This document shows positions 10,742 to 21,416 of a stretch of DNA of 64,000 nt, one piece after another; the stretch's first letter is position 1; the number at the start of each line of letters is the position of its first letter. Origin of the DNA: Ignavibacteriota bacterium (GTDB lineage: Bacteria > Bacteroidota > Ignavibacteria > UBA10030); the NCBI GenBank assembly GCA_963701295.1, contig OY969585.1, forward strand, positions 672,001 to 736,000, in the 5' to 3' direction. The translations under genes were made by a program, and so were the position numbers. The notes beneath the pieces were generated by a model. The model did not search any database, was not told the origin of the DNA, and saw nothing but the letters and a program-made list of their open reading frames with translations.

Positions 10742-11788
10742 TCAGGAAGACTGCGTATTCGTTTTAATCGTTCCGACAAGCTTTTCAATAATACTTAGAA
10801 TTTTATCGCCGATGGCATTAAACGCCGATACCGTTTTTGCATCGTCAAGATGAATGCGGATAGAATTTAAATCTGCCATCTTTGCTACGATATCGAGCAC
10901 TTGATTCTTCAGCTCTTCATCGGCATCTGGTGGAGACAAGGAGGTTGTGACTAACAATTGATCGGTGATATGGCTAAGCCGATTTTTTATTTTCCCGAGA
11001 AACGGCTGGAGTAGTTTTTCGCGTTTACCGCCATAGAGCGACGACCACAAGTGATTAAACTCAAGGAGCCTCGTGGCAACAACGTTCTGCCAAGAGTTAT
11101 CACCGGCTTGAAGTGAGGCGGGTGTGATTGTGTTACGAAGCTGAACACCGCCAGCTAAGTTATCATTGAGCAATGAGAGTTCTTTACTTATTCGTTCGAT
11201 ATTTCGGGAAATTTTTTCCACTTCATTGATCAGACCGTGTCCACCGCGCTGAGTAATATTGCTTAATCTCCTGTCAGCGGTCAGATCAAGCACTTGTTCG
11301 GTAACTCTTTGCGTGTCCTTGAGACCTCCATAGAACGAAATCTTGACTTCGTACGTCAAGGGCTGATCGTTTCGTTCGAAAAAGAACGCTGTGGTGGAAT
11401 CGACAAACGTCCTGATATCATGATTGGGTGAAAGAGATGCAATTCCATTTTTGATAATGGCGAGTTCGCTTATGTCTTCTCCGGAATTGCCGATGAGTTT
11501 CGGCCTGAATTGGATCCTGATATCCCTCGCAGTACTTTTACCGATATTTTTCACAACGAGATAGATTATCTTTTCTTCGTATGCAATATCAAAATATACG
11601 ACGACGTACGGCGCAATCTCCTGATCTCTCGCTTCTTTCATCACTTGCAAACTGAGGGCGAACACTTCTGCTGCTGCTTGTGTAGCAGATGAGATGCGCC
11701 ATGTCTTGATGACATAAATGATCAAGATCACCAGAATCAGGATTTGTGTAATTGGAATTACAATTTCAAGAATTTCTTTGCTTATCAT
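10742..11788 (-). CDS. Hypothetical protein with N-terminal TM segment
   Basis: 348-aa ORF, hydrophobic N-terminus, GAAGGA RBS-like upstream. Confidence 0.7.
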   Translation of the reverse strand: MISKEILEIVIPITQILILVILIIYVIKTWRISSATQAAAEVFALSLQVMKEARDQEIAPYVVVYFDIAYEEKIIYLVVKNIGKSTARDIRIQFRPKLIGNSGEDISELAIIKNGIASLSPNHDIRTFVDSTTAFFFERNDQPLTYEVKISFYGGLKDTQRVTEQVLDLTADRRLSNITQRGGHGLINEVEKISRNIERISKELSLLNDNLAGGVQLRNTITPASLQAGDNSWQNVVATRLLEFNHLWSSLYGGKREKLLQPFLGKIKNRLSHITDQLLVTTSLSPPDADEELKNQVLDIVAKMADLNSIRIHLDDAKTVSAFNAIGDKILSIIEKLVGTIKTNTQSS

Positions 11789-11953
11789 AAGCGAATCCTT
11801 CTTCGAGAGAGGGATAACACAATACTTTTTATTGATTTTCGGTCTACTTGCCCATTTGAAAGCATTGCTATAGAAAGTTTCTTGTGAAAATGGTACCCAG
11901 TTTTCTATTCAATCGCAATACAAAATCCTAGAAAAAAGTTAGCAGGAAAAAAT

Positions 11954-11986
11954 AAAGCCCGAACGTTCAACGAACCCTCGGGCTTT
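11954..11986 (-). terminator. Rho-independent terminator, possibly bidirectional
   Basis: AAAGCCCGA / TCGGGCTTT stem with T-rich tails on both strands, just 3' of the DUF3078-like gene. Confidence 0.7.
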
Positions 11987-12009
11987 CTTTCAAGACAATG
12001 ATTCTCTCT

Positions 12010-12858
12010 TTACATCAGCGTGTAGTTGAATCCTAACGCAAGAGTCTGTTTAATCTGTGTCCTCGCCTGCACTTGAGGGTCGTTGAGAAGATAGACATTC
12101 AGGTTCATGGAAAGGAATTTATTCACTTTTGCCGAAAGCGTATTGTCACTTCGAATGGTTGTTAGATTAAAATGCTTCACTGGCGCGAATATTTCCAATT
12201 TGGCATTGAGAACAACATTTTCCATCACGGTCCATCCGACTTCTGTAACCGATTCCACACCGCTTTCAACCTTCACAGTTTTTGTTGAATCGCCAATGTA
12301 TGCCTTCGCATAATTCTTTGCAATAGTTTCACGCAAAGCAGCACCCAAGCGTGTTTTAACTATCGGGCCGGGCTGATATCCAACACCCACGGTTTGCATA
12401 ATATACGCCGGATCAAAAAAGTTAGAGACCTGTATGGCGTGACCTGTCGCATCGTACAAGACACCTTCTGCAAATTGAGTGTTCAAGGAAGCGGATGCAA
12501 ACGGGTTAATATATGTTCCGATTTTATAGGTCAGGACACTTCCCAGATCGATCTTGTCATCCGTTTTTCGGATGCTTTGTGACCCAAGTTTCGCCTGTCC
12601 ATAACCGAATTTATACTCATTCACCCATTCGATCACATTGACTGCATATGTGGATTTCCCTTCCAGAAACAACGCATACGCAAGAGCATTTTCACCGCCT
12701 TGCGCCCAATCGGTGAACGATACTTGCGTAATATTTGCACTGATAATCATCGTGTGCTTCCACGACGTGTCAGCCGATGCAGGTAATACGGATTTGGAGT
12801 CTTGCGCTAGAGCAGCGCTTGCAGCAACCAATAACAATAACGATATCATGGTTTTCAT
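12010..12858 (-). CDS. DUF3078-like outer-membrane beta-barrel protein
   Basis: Start moved to MKTMISLL (GAGGA RBS, signal peptide); QVSFTDWAQGGEN and RKTDD motifs; terminal beta-strand LALGFNY. Confidence 0.8.
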   Translation of the reverse strand: MKTMISLLLLVAASAALAQDSKSVLPASADTSWKHTMIISANITQVSFTDWAQGGENALAYALFLEGKSTYAVNVIEWVNEYKFGYGQAKLGSQSIRKTDDKIDLGSVLTYKIGTYINPFASASLNTQFAEGVLYDATGHAIQVSNFFDPAYIMQTVGVGYQPGPIVKTRLGAALRETIAKNYAKAYIGDSTKTVKVESGVESVTEVGWTVMENVVLNAKLEIFAPVKHFNLTTIRSDNTLSAKVNKFLSMNLNVYLLNDPQVQARTQIKQTLALGFNYTLM

Positions 12859-12886
12859 AACATTCCTCGTATGATAGATGTGGATA

Positions 12887-13309
12887 CTATTTAAGAGCGG
12901 CTGTACAATGTCCACAACGTTTTGCATTAAGAGGGATCACCATCATGCATTCTGGACATTCTTTCGTTGTGGGGATTGCCGGTGCAGGTTCCGGTTTCTT
13001 CACCAATCGGTTCATCGCCTGAATAATTACGAACATTGCGAATGCGACAATCAGAAAATCTATGAGAATATTAATAAATATTCCATATTTAATCACGACG
13101 GCTGCGTGATCTGCGGCGGCTTCCTTAATGGTAATGCCAAGACTGCTGAAATCCATCCCTCCGACAAGCAAGCCGATTGGGGGCATTAAAATATCGCCGA
13201 CGAGCGAACTAATAATCTTGCCAAACGATGCGCCGATAATAATACCGATCGCCATATCGACAACATTTCCGCGCATTGCAAATGATTTGAATTCTTTCAA
13301 CAATGACAT
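12887..13309 (-). CDS. mscL: Large-conductance mechanosensitive channel
   Basis: [21 protein letters not shown]; C-terminal CPEC...RCGHC zinc-ribbon variant. Confidence 0.97.
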   Translation of the reverse strand: MSLLKEFKSFAMRGNVVDMAIGIIIGASFGKIISSLVGDILMPPIGLLVGGMDFSSLGITIKEAAADHAAVVIKYGIFINILIDFLIVAFAMFVIIQAMNRLVKKPEPAPAIPTTKECPECMMVIPLNAKRCGHCTAALK

Positions 13310-13527
13310 ACAACCTCCTTTATTGATTGTGTAAATATATATCGAGAAAAAATATTTATTATTCGTAATTGGTAAACACGGACTAAAACAGTAATGTATA
13401 GCTAAATAGTTCCATATATAGAGAATGCTTTTTTTGAAAAGAAGTCAAATTCCCGTAGGTATGTTTAGAATGATTTGGCATGAGAAACTTGTTTAGTGCT
13501 GACAATTTAAGACGTTTTATATTCCTT

Positions 13528-13908
13528 CTACTTTTTACTTTCCAGCACCACAAAAGCAACAACTGTATTGTCGGTATGAGAGAGCGAAAGATGAACTGTA
13601 CACTGGTCCAATGCCTTGGCAACATCGCGGGATAACAGAATGTGCGGCGCTCCGGATTGATCGTTTATTACTTCGATATCTCTCCAATGAAACGCCCCAC
13701 TCCAGCCAGTGCGCATGGCTTTTGCTACTGCTTCCTTGGCAGCAAACCGCGCACCGAAATGAATGTATGGTTTCTTACGGGTTTTGCAATAGGCCACTTC
13801 CATGTCACTAAACACTTTATCGAGAAACACTTTTCCTTGTTTCTCCAGCACCTCTTTCATCCGCTGCACATCCACTACATCCACACCGATACCGAGGATA
13901 TTACTCAT
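13528..13908 (-). CDS. acpS: Holo-[acyl-carrier-protein] synthase
   Basis: GIGVDVV, RFAAKEAVAKA, LSLSHT. Confidence 0.96.
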   Translation of the reverse strand: MSNILGIGVDVVDVQRMKEVLEKQGKVFLDKVFSDMEVAYCKTRKKPYIHFGARFAAKEAVAKAMRTGWSGAFHWRDIEVINDQSGAPHILLSRDVAKALDQCTVHLSLSHTDNTVVAFVVLESKK

Positions 13909-14597
13909 AGCTGCACGTTCCGATTTTCCTCTTTGACGATATCGATGAGCTGAGTGATGTCGTCAATATCATAATTGGCATTGGATATCTCTGTACCGAA
14001 AGTGTTGCCGTACCGTGCAAAAACTGTTTTCATCCCAACTTGTGCCGCGCCAAGCACATCGCGTTCAGCCCAATCTCCCACCATGAGGGCTTCACCAGGC
14101 TCTATCTGCAGCATCTCCAATACTTTTAGGAATGGCTCCGGATTTGGCTTCCGTTTGCCGGTATCATCGAATGTGACAATCGCATCGAAGAGGTGATGAA
14201 AGTTGAGATAACAAAGGCGAAGCCACGCTTCCTTGCCCGGTGCATCCGAGACAACTCCAAGTTTTAACTGCATCTTCGAAAGCTTAATGAGTGTCATCGT
14301 GACGTGCGGATATGGAACAAGTGCTGCTTCCCGCGCACGGCGGTATGCGATGACACCGGCGGAAAGGATTTTATGATCGACCTTGCTGAACTCGCGGTAG
14401 AGCAATTCATCGAAAACACTTTGGAATTCAATTCCACGCTCTTTATAAATCTGATCGATACGCTGGCGGATTTCATCTGTGGAAAGTTTGAGCCCTGCAT
14501 CGCGCATAGCATTAATAGCTGCATCGATAGCTTGATTTTTCATCAGCATAAAGTCGACAAGTGTATTATCTAAATCGAAAATGACAGCTTTGAGCAT
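13905..14597 (-). CDS. HAD-superfamily hydrolase (subfamily IA)
   Basis: FDLDNTL, KPNP, MVGD...D motifs. Confidence 0.92.
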   Translation of the reverse strand: MLKAVIFDLDNTLVDFMLMKNQAIDAAINAMRDAGLKLSTDEIRQRIDQIYKERGIEFQSVFDELLYREFSKVDHKILSAGVIAYRRAREAALVPYPHVTMTLIKLSKMQLKLGVVSDAPGKEAWLRLCYLNFHHLFDAIVTFDDTGKRKPNPEPFLKVLEMLQIEPGEALMVGDWAERDVLGAAQVGMKTVFARYGNTFGTEISNANYDIDDITQLIDIVKEENRNVQL

Positions 14598-14632
14598 GAT
14601 AACATTCAGCTTTCAGCAGTCAGCAATTGACC

Positions 14633-14653
14633 GTTCATGCGTGGTGCATGAAC
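14633..14653. repeat. Intergenic hairpin
   Basis: GTTCATGC-N5-GCATGAAC between aroQ and the HAD gene; next to TCAGC heptamer-period repeats. Confidence 0.4.
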
Positions 14654-14698
14654 CAACACAATTTGACCCTTCATCATTTGTTCCCCAAAACCCTCAGT

Positions 14699-15124
14699 TC
14701 AGCTCTGTTCGAGAATGAATTCCACTGCCAATTCATACCCCCGCGCACCGAAGCCTGCGATAACTCCTTTGCATACGGGTGCAATGACTGACTCACGCCG
14801 GAATTCCTCACGCGTATGGATATTACTCAAGTGCACTTCAATGACCGGAACCTTCAACGCAGCAGCAGCATCACGGATAGCGTATGAGTAATGCGTAAAT
14901 GCTCCAGGATTCAGCACAACACCGCCGATGGAACCATCCAGCCCCTTGTGCAGAGCATCGATGATGGGACCCTCGCTATTCGATTGGTAGAATTCTAGTT
15001 TTACTTTCGGAAATTTTTCCTTCAACCTATTCTCAATATCCCACAGGGTCATGGTACCATAAATTTCCGGTTCACGTTTGCCGAGAATATCAAGATTCGG
15101 TCCGTTAATAATAAGAATACGCAT
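14699..15124 (-). CDS. aroQ: Type II 3-dehydroquinate dehydratase
   Basis: INGPNLDILGKREPEIYG, QSNSEG, NPGAFTHYS, EVHLSN. Confidence 0.97.
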   Translation of the reverse strand: MRILIINGPNLDILGKREPEIYGTMTLWDIENRLKEKFPKVKLEFYQSNSEGPIIDALHKGLDGSIGGVVLNPGAFTHYSYAIRDAAAALKVPVIEVHLSNIHTREEFRRESVIAPVCKGVIAGFGARGYELAVEFILEQS

Positions 15125-15305
15125 AGTGTTTATCCTTTGCTAAATCTTTACACAGAAGACAGAATTCTGAAATCAGAAAGAATGAATCTCCAATCCAAAG
15201 CAATACATCATACACAATATCCAAATTTCAAAGCTCAAATTCCATTTTCATTTTGGATATTGTCGTTTGAAATTTTCTGTCTATTCGTATAGTCTCTTGA
15301 TGCCA

Positions 15306-15572
15306 TCAGGTTTTTGCTGTACGTGCAAGTTCATCTTCTATATATTCACGCACAGCGGGCTTCAGGTACATTTCATCAATACCAACTTCTGCAAGTCCTT
15401 GCGCCAACACAGATATGCGGCGTGCCAGTGCCAACCGTTTATTGATAACAATGAGGCGTTCCGCCTTCAGCACACAATAGCCGCCATCGAAATCCCCTTT
15501 TTCGTAACGGATGGAGATTCCGCAGTTCAATGCAAGCTGTTCAAGTTCAGAGAGAATTTGTTCGTGGGTCAT
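15306..15572 (-). CDS. Conserved hypothetical small protein
   Basis: IRYEKGDFDGGYC...YLKPAVRE; co-oriented with its neighbours. Confidence 0.7.
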   Translation of the reverse strand: MTHEQILSELEQLALNCGISIRYEKGDFDGGYCVLKAERLIVINKRLALARRISVLAQGLAEVGIDEMYLKPAVREYIEDELARTAKT

Positions 15573-15691
15573 CTGTATCTCTTGTTTCTATCGTAATTCT
15601 ACATATAATGTGCTTATGAAACTTATCGCATTTTGATGTGATGTGCAATATGGCAAAGAGCAACAGGCTTTTAATCCTAAACAATTTTTTT

Positions 15692-16636
15692 CTACCCGCT
15701 CCTCTCTCTTTTTACCTCCCACATTTTTCTTCGTTTTTCCCACCATAATTGAATTTTTTTGCCGCTCCAAATCGTAAACACAAAAAAGAGAACTCCGCCC
15801 AAGAGATCAATAATGTAATGATAACGTAGATAGACTGTGCCTACAATGAGCAATCCAGCAAGGGTAGTCATAATCCAGCGTGTCTTGAGCTTATACCAAT
15901 GGCCTACATAAACAACAATGAGTGTGAGCTGCGTATGACCGCTGGGAAAGACATCGCGCTGAACATGTTCGGCTGCATTAGCCATAGTGAATGAAATCGA
16001 CTCGCCTGCGTTGATAAAGTCCCTCATCCATGATGTGAAGAAAAGACCTGGCAATTCTTTGTTGATCGCATAAAAATCATGAAGTGTGAATCGCGGTCCG
16101 ATAGCCGGCAGAAGAAAATATCCGAGATAGGAAAGATAGAATCCGTACACGACAAGAAATGCACCATGATCAAACTCCTCAATCGTATACCTGCAGTAGA
16201 GCTCCACTCCGAGCAGAATGAAAAGAATGTAATACGAAAAATAGGCGATCTGAAATATTTCCGTCAACACCGGATTGGCAAATTGCATTATCCATTGCGT
16301 CGGATTCACACCGAAGATCCACCGGTCGATGGAAATAAAGAGCCAATCATAATCCACTGGATGGATGGTGTGCACCATAAGATAAATTTCTTTGAAGACG
16401 AAGAGAATAAAAGGATACGCGTACAAGCGATGTAAGCCAATGAACAGCCTAGTCTTTTTTGTCTCAGCCCAATAAGCCAGTGTGAAAATTATTGCTATAA
16501 CCGCTACATCGATGGCAATAATCTCCAGCCAAGAAGAGACCCTGCTGAAGAAGACAAGATTGAGTCCGATGAGAAACAATAAGAAGACGATGGAGACAAC
16601 ATCTACAGAAGACAGATAAGAGATAATTTTTTTCAT
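15692..16636 (-). CDS. PAP2-family integral membrane phosphatase/phosphotransferase
   Basis: PAIGP, FPSGH, RYHYIIDL motifs; multiple TM segments. Confidence 0.88.
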   Translation of the reverse strand: MKKIISYLSSVDVVSIVFLLFLIGLNLVFFSRVSSWLEIIAIDVAVIAIIFTLAYWAETKKTRLFIGLHRLYAYPFILFVFKEIYLMVHTIHPVDYDWLFISIDRWIFGVNPTQWIMQFANPVLTEIFQIAYFSYYILFILLGVELYCRYTIEEFDHGAFLVVYGFYLSYLGYFLLPAIGPRFTLHDFYAINKELPGLFFTSWMRDFINAGESISFTMANAAEHVQRDVFPSGHTQLTLIVVYVGHWYKLKTRWIMTTLAGLLIVGTVYLRYHYIIDLLGGVLFFVFTIWSGKKIQLWWEKRRKMWEVKRERSG

Positions 16637-17415
16637 TGTTTCATAATATTGTTAATTGAGTCAGACAAGTTCAGAAATTCATCTACACTCAAATCCTCCG
16701 GCCTTTTCTTCAAATCAAAGTGTATCTGATCAAGTACGGAATCATCGAGATTGAGAGATTTCAATCCATTACGCAGTGTTTTTCGACGCTTACCGAATGT
16801 TGCGCGGACGATCGAGCGAAACAAATTTTCATCAACCAGCGGCAATTGGTCTTTAAAATTCAATCGCACAACAGCGGAATCCACTTCCGGCTTTGGGTGA
16901 AAACAATTCCTCGAAACCTTAAAGAGTATCTCGCACTCAGTATAGAACTGCGTGAAGACCGACAGGATGCCGTATTCCTTATTTTTCGGAGGAGCAACAA
17001 GCCGATGCGCGACTTCCAACTGCATCATAATGGTTGCATCGGTGACAACCATTCGCGCATCGAAGAGCCAAAAAAGAATTTCACTCGTTAAATAATATGG
17101 AATATTACCGACAATTCTGAGTTTTTTCCGATGCTTCTGTGAAATTTCCCGAAGATCAACATCTAACACATTGACGTGGAGAATGGTCATCTTTGCGCCA
17201 CACCTGTGCTGTAACAATTCTATTGCTCTCTTGTCAACTTCAATGCCGATAAGTGTGATCGGAAGGTCAATAAGATGTTTCGTCAGCGCACCTTGTCCCG
17301 GTCCGATTTCAATGACGATGTCACCATCGCGGAGATTGAGACCTTCCACTACCTTTCGAAGGATATTTTCATCTCTCAGAAAGTTTTGGCCAAGTGATTT
17401 AATGGGTTTGAACAC
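16633..17415 (-). CDS. rsmA: 16S rRNA (A1518/A1519) dimethyltransferase
   Basis: KSLGQNFL, EIGPGQGALT, GNIPY, FHPKPEVDS. Confidence 0.97.
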   Translation of the reverse strand: MFKPIKSLGQNFLRDENILRKVVEGLNLRDGDIVIEIGPGQGALTKHLIDLPITLIGIEVDKRAIELLQHRCGAKMTILHVNVLDVDLREISQKHRKKLRIVGNIPYYLTSEILFWLFDARMVVTDATIMMQLEVAHRLVAPPKNKEYGILSVFTQFYTECEILFKVSRNCFHPKPEVDSAVVRLNFKDQLPLVDENLFRSIVRATFGKRRKTLRNGLKSLNLDDSVLDQIHFDLKKRPEDLSVDEFLNLSDSINNIMKQ

Positions 17416-17524
17416 GCTGGATTCCGTGATAATGACGAGACAATATACCGAAGAGTATGAGGAAGTTCAATGAACTAAGTTCTGGATCAACAATTCGATT
17501 GCTGAGATCCGCGCCGGCAGCATG

Positions 17525-18733
17525 TTACTTTACAACTGTCAACACTTCCTTTAGTGCATCTCCAAGAATCTGAATTCCTTTTTCGATCTTCTCTTCCGGC
17601 GTGTGTGAATATGCCAATCTGAAATGAGAATTATCTTTGCCTTCAGGATCAAATGTTTTTCCGACAACGAAGACCGCACCCTTTTCAATGCTGCTCTTGA
17701 GTACTGCCATAATATCAAGCTGCGGCGGTAATTTCAGCCATATATAAAATCCGCCTCTTGGCTCGTTCCAAGTAATTTCTTCTGGAAAATATTTTCGTAT
17801 TGCGGCAGCCATCGTGTCTTTTCGCCGTTTATATATCACACGCATCCGCTCGATGTACTTTTCCATCTTGCCGCTTCGCAGAAACTCATTCGCCAGGACC
17901 TGCGTAAAGTTGGGAGAACATGCATCCATCGATTGTTTGACCAGTTCTGCTTTTTGATATATCTCAGGAGGTACAAGCATCCATCCCAGCCGGAAACCAG
18001 GCCCAAGAATTTTGGAGAACGTCCCCGTGTAACAGATTGTCAGTTCGTTTTCGTATAAGGCCTTCATCGGCACAACTCTTTTTCGAGCTTCGTCATCGAA
18101 ATACAATTCGCCGTACGCATCGTCTTCAATCAACGGCAAATCGTGCTCTTTCAGCACGGGTACGAGTTCTTTCTTCCTTTGCTCTGTGTACAGCGTACCG
18201 GCTGGATTGTGAAAATTCGGTGTAATATATAAAATTTTTGGAGGCACGGATTTATTTCGTTCGAGAAACGCTTTGAGCGATCGAACATCAATGCCGTTTT
18301 CATTCAAGTCGATGCCATGGATGTCTGCTTGATACGATTTGAATGCCGAGATGCCGCCGATGAAACACGGATTCTCCGTTACTACCGTGTCTTCAGGATC
18401 GATAAATACTTTACCAAGAATGTTAATCGCTTGCAACGATCCCGTTGTTATCATCAATTTATTTGTCTCAACCGGCATGCCTTTCTTTTTCAGGTATACT
18501 TTCAGCGATTCAAGAAGCGGTGGATAGCCGGGAGTTGGGCCGTACTGAAAAGCTGTTCGCTTGATATCGAGAGGCAAATGATTATAAATCTCATCGATCT
18601 CTTCCACCGGAAACAGTTCATTCCCCGGCATCCCGCCGGCAAAGGAAATTATGTCCGGGTGAGTTGCAAGTCCCATAAGGTCACGAATCTCTGATGTGCG
18701 AAGAGAGGAAACAGATTTTGAAAAACGAATCAT
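17525..18733 (-). CDS. PLP-dependent class I/II aminotransferase (LysN/Aro8-like)
   Basis: ISFAGGMP, PNFHNPAG, EDDAYG, TFSKILGPGFRLGW. Confidence 0.92.
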   Translation of the reverse strand: MIRFSKSVSSLRTSEIRDLMGLATHPDIISFAGGMPGNELFPVEEIDEIYNHLPLDIKRTAFQYGPTPGYPPLLESLKVYLKKKGMPVETNKLMITTGSLQAINILGKVFIDPEDTVVTENPCFIGGISAFKSYQADIHGIDLNENGIDVRSLKAFLERNKSVPPKILYITPNFHNPAGTLYTEQRKKELVPVLKEHDLPLIEDDAYGELYFDDEARKRVVPMKALYENELTICYTGTFSKILGPGFRLGWMLVPPEIYQKAELVKQSMDACSPNFTQVLANEFLRSGKMEKYIERMRVIYKRRKDTMAAAIRKYFPEEITWNEPRGGFYIWLKLPPQLDIMAVLKSSIEKGAVFVVGKTFDPEGKDNSHFRLAYSHTPEEKIEKGIQILGDALKEVLTVVK

Positions 18734-18782
18734 AGACTTTGAATTTCAGAATTGTTTATGATTTGAGTTTTGGGTTTTTTCT

Positions 18783-19208
18783 CTAAAGTTCATAAATCTC
18801 GCTTGCTCTCAGCAATTCCAATTTGTGTTTCTGTAAAACTGTGATGGTTTGCTGAACCGCTTCGGTGCGGATAATGACCGTCGCACGATCGCTTAAGGCA
18901 AATGCGTACATATATTCCACGCTGATTCCTTCAGAGGAAAGAATTTGCAGCGCTCTATGCAATCCTCCCGGTTCGTTGGGAACCACCAAACCGATAACTT
19001 CTGTAATGTGAACAGAAAGCCCCTTTGCCTTCAGCAATTGTTCTGCTTGTTCCGGCTTGCTGACAATCATCCGGAGGATGCCATAATCAGCCGTGTCAGC
19101 TACGCTGAACGCGGAAATATTAATAGACGCGGAAGCCAGCGCTTCCGTTACTTCGGTCAGGCGTCCTGATTTATTTTCCAGGAAGATAGAAAGTTGTTTG
19201 ATTTTCAT
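18783..19208 (-). CDS. Double ACT-domain protein
   Basis: QLSIFLENKSGRL...ADTADYGILR...EYMYAF. Confidence 0.9.
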   Translation of the reverse strand: MKIKQLSIFLENKSGRLTEVTEALASASINISAFSVADTADYGILRMIVSKPEQAEQLLKAKGLSVHITEVIGLVVPNEPGGLHRALQILSSEGISVEYMYAFALSDRATVIIRTEAVQQTITVLQKHKLELLRASEIYEL

Positions 19209-19214
19209 AAGTAC

Positions 19215-20516
19215 CTACGTTAGTTTTCTTTTGTCTATCACTCGTTTGGCTTTGCCTTCACTGCGCTCGATGGTTTTCGGTTCGACAAGTTTCACCAACG
19301 CGCTAATACCCAGCGCAGATTCTATGTTGTGCTGAATTTTTTTCTTAAGTCCTTCTAACTTTTTGATTTCATCCGAGAATAATTGTCCATCGACTTCCAC
19401 CCACACTTCCAGCACATCGAGATTGTTCACGCGGTCAACGATCAGAAGGTAATGCGGCTTGGTCTCGTTCATCTCAAGAAGCACAGTTTCAATTTGAGAT
19501 GGAAACACATTAACGCCGCGGATAATGAGCATATCGTCAGACCTGCCCAAACATTTTTTCATGCGCACGATTGTGCGGCCGCATGAACATTTTTCTGCAT
19601 TCAATACCGATAGGTCGCGTGTGCGGTACCTGAGCAACGGCAGAGCTTCTTTGGTTACGCATGTAAAGACCAGTTCACCGATTTGGCCATACGGAAGCAC
19701 TTCGAGCGTTTTTGGATCGACAATTTCCGGAATAAAATGATCTTCAAACACATGTAGCCCGCATTGATCCATGCATTCGGATGCAACTCCCGGGCCGATA
19801 ACCTCGCTCAATCCGTAAATATCGATCGCTTTGATTTTCAATTTGCTCTCAATCTCGCGGCGCATTTCTTCTGTCCATGGTTCTGCACCGAAGACGCCGG
19901 CTTTCAACTTGAATGATTCGACCGGCATTCCCGCTTCAGCCATCGCTTCTGCAAGAAAAAGAGCATAGGACGGCGTGCAGGCGAGAATCGTCGAGCCAAA
20001 ATCCTGCATCAATTGTAATTGACGCTGTGTGTTGCCGCCGGACATAGGAATAACCGTTGCGCCGATTTTCTCCGCGCCGTAATGCACGCCGAGTCCGCCT
20101 GTAAATAATCCATACCCGTACGCAACGTGTAGTACATCCATCTTTCCCGCTCCTGCAGAAGTGAGCGTACGAGCCATAACTTCAGACCAGATATTGAGAT
20201 CTTTTCGAGTGTATCCCACAACCGTCGGTTTTCCAGTTGTTCCGCTGGAGGCATGCAGCCGAACAACATCTGCCGCGGGTACAGCAAACAAACCGAAAGG
20301 ATAATTATCGCGCAAATCCTGCTTGGTTGTAAACGGCAGATGTTTTAATTGATCCACACTTTTGATATCGCCCGGTTCGATACCGTTTTTTTGAAACTGC
20401 TTTCGGTAGAACGGCACATTATAATAGAGTCGTTCTACCAGAGTGGACAATCGCTCGCTCTGCAGCTTGGTGAGCTGCTCGCGGTCCATACATTCTATAT
20501 ATTCATTCCATTTCAT
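19215..20516 (-). CDS. paaK: Phenylacetate-CoA ligase family protein
   Basis: [46 protein letters not shown]; start moved to MKWNEY. Confidence 0.9.
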   Translation of the reverse strand: MKWNEYIECMDREQLTKLQSERLSTLVERLYYNVPFYRKQFQKNGIEPGDIKSVDQLKHLPFTTKQDLRDNYPFGLFAVPAADVVRLHASSGTTGKPTVVGYTRKDLNIWSEVMARTLTSAGAGKMDVLHVAYGYGLFTGGLGVHYGAEKIGATVIPMSGGNTQRQLQLMQDFGSTILACTPSYALFLAEAMAEAGMPVESFKLKAGVFGAEPWTEEMRREIESKLKIKAIDIYGLSEVIGPGVASECMDQCGLHVFEDHFIPEIVDPKTLEVLPYGQIGELVFTCVTKEALPLLRYRTRDLSVLNAEKCSCGRTIVRMKKCLGRSDDMLIIRGVNVFPSQIETVLLEMNETKPHYLLIVDRVNNLDVLEVWVEVDGQLFSDEIKKLEGLKKKIQHNIESALGISALVKLVEPKTIERSEGKAKRVIDKRKLT

Positions 20517-20716
20517 AGTCAAAGAGCTTTTCTTGAAATTGTTTGTGAAAGTTCCATTCAATTAATCATTTTTTTCTTTAAGAATAAACAACTTTTCCTG
20601 AAATGTTCATGCTTGCGCACCAAGAAAAATATTGACCGCTCCAATTCCATGCCGCTTAATATTTCTATTGTCTTGGCGAGAGAGGTTTGCCGGCGGTATA
20701 AATAATTTTGTACAAA

Positions 20717-21205
20717 CTAAACGAACTCCCTTCGAGGCTTGGATTGGTCCGGACCGACTCGTCCAGCTACGATGTCTGCCATGAAATAGTTCTCACCTTT
20801 GATTGGTGCGCCAAAAAGATGACGGAGCATGGCAAGCTGACCGACATGCGTGAGTGTATCAGCTATTGGGCCCTGAATTAACTTTTCTAAAGGGCAGGCG
20901 ATCGTTGAAGAACCCGCCAAGTACGTATCAAATTCTTTAACGGATACATAAAAGCGATTTACCTCACGATCCCAGGCTTGCGGCGGAGAATCGTGCCATA
21001 CTCCCCTGCCTTTAGCTATTGTCAAAGCCCAATCAAAAAGATCTCCCATATGTGCAACGATTTCAACCGGTGTTCTCGATTGAGGATTAATCCGGAATTT
21101 CTCAAAATCCGGCGGTGCGTCACGTAATGTTTTAGCTCCGCGATAAACGATGGTCGCAATTGTATGTCGAACTATTTCACGCTGAGAATCAATGTTTGAT
21201 GCCAT
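20717..21205 (-). CDS. Hypothetical protein, DinB/YfiT-like
   Basis: RTPVEIVAHM and THVGQLAMLR His motifs. Confidence 0.65.
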   Translation of the reverse strand: MASNIDSQREIVRHTIATIVYRGAKTLRDAPPDFEKFRINPQSRTPVEIVAHMGDLFDWALTIAKGRGVWHDSPPQAWDREVNRFYVSVKEFDTYLAGSSTIACPLEKLIQGPIADTLTHVGQLAMLRHLFGAPIKGENYFMADIVAGRVGPDQSKPRREFV

Positions 21206-21301
21206 GGTCTAAATTTATTTCCTTTTTTAAAGTGGTTTGGTTGCGCACAGAGTTTGTATGTCTTTAGTTCAAAATGCTTTTGCATTTTGTAAATATTTCT
21301 A

Positions 21302-21330
21302 TTGACAAGCTCAATAAACCATGCTATTTT
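21302..21330 (+). promoter_or_regulatory. Sigma70-type promoter for a small RNA
   Basis: TTGACA, 17 bp, TATTTT with extended TG; no plus-strand ORF follows. Confidence 0.7.
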
Positions 21331-21336
21331 AAATAT

Positions 21337-21416
21337 GGTTGTTGTAAAAGGTTCCGCCCCATCAATAAGTGCCCACTGTCGGCACTTCCGAAAGGATAGT
21401 TGGGGCGGTCGTTTTT
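21337..21416 (+). ncRNA. Candidate structured small RNA (three-way junction) convergent with the DUF3800-like gene
   Basis: P1 CCGCCCCA/TGGGGCGG (21354-61/21401-08), P2 AGTGCC/GGCACT (21368-73/21381-86), P3 TCC-GAAA-GGA with GNRA loop (21387-96), then T5; 5' end inferred from the promoter. Confidence 0.65.

Noticed and set aside
21354-21408. Hammerhead ribozyme or tRNA reading of the three-way junction
   Set aside because: No CUGANGA core; GAAA is a hairpin loop here; no cloverleaf or T-loop
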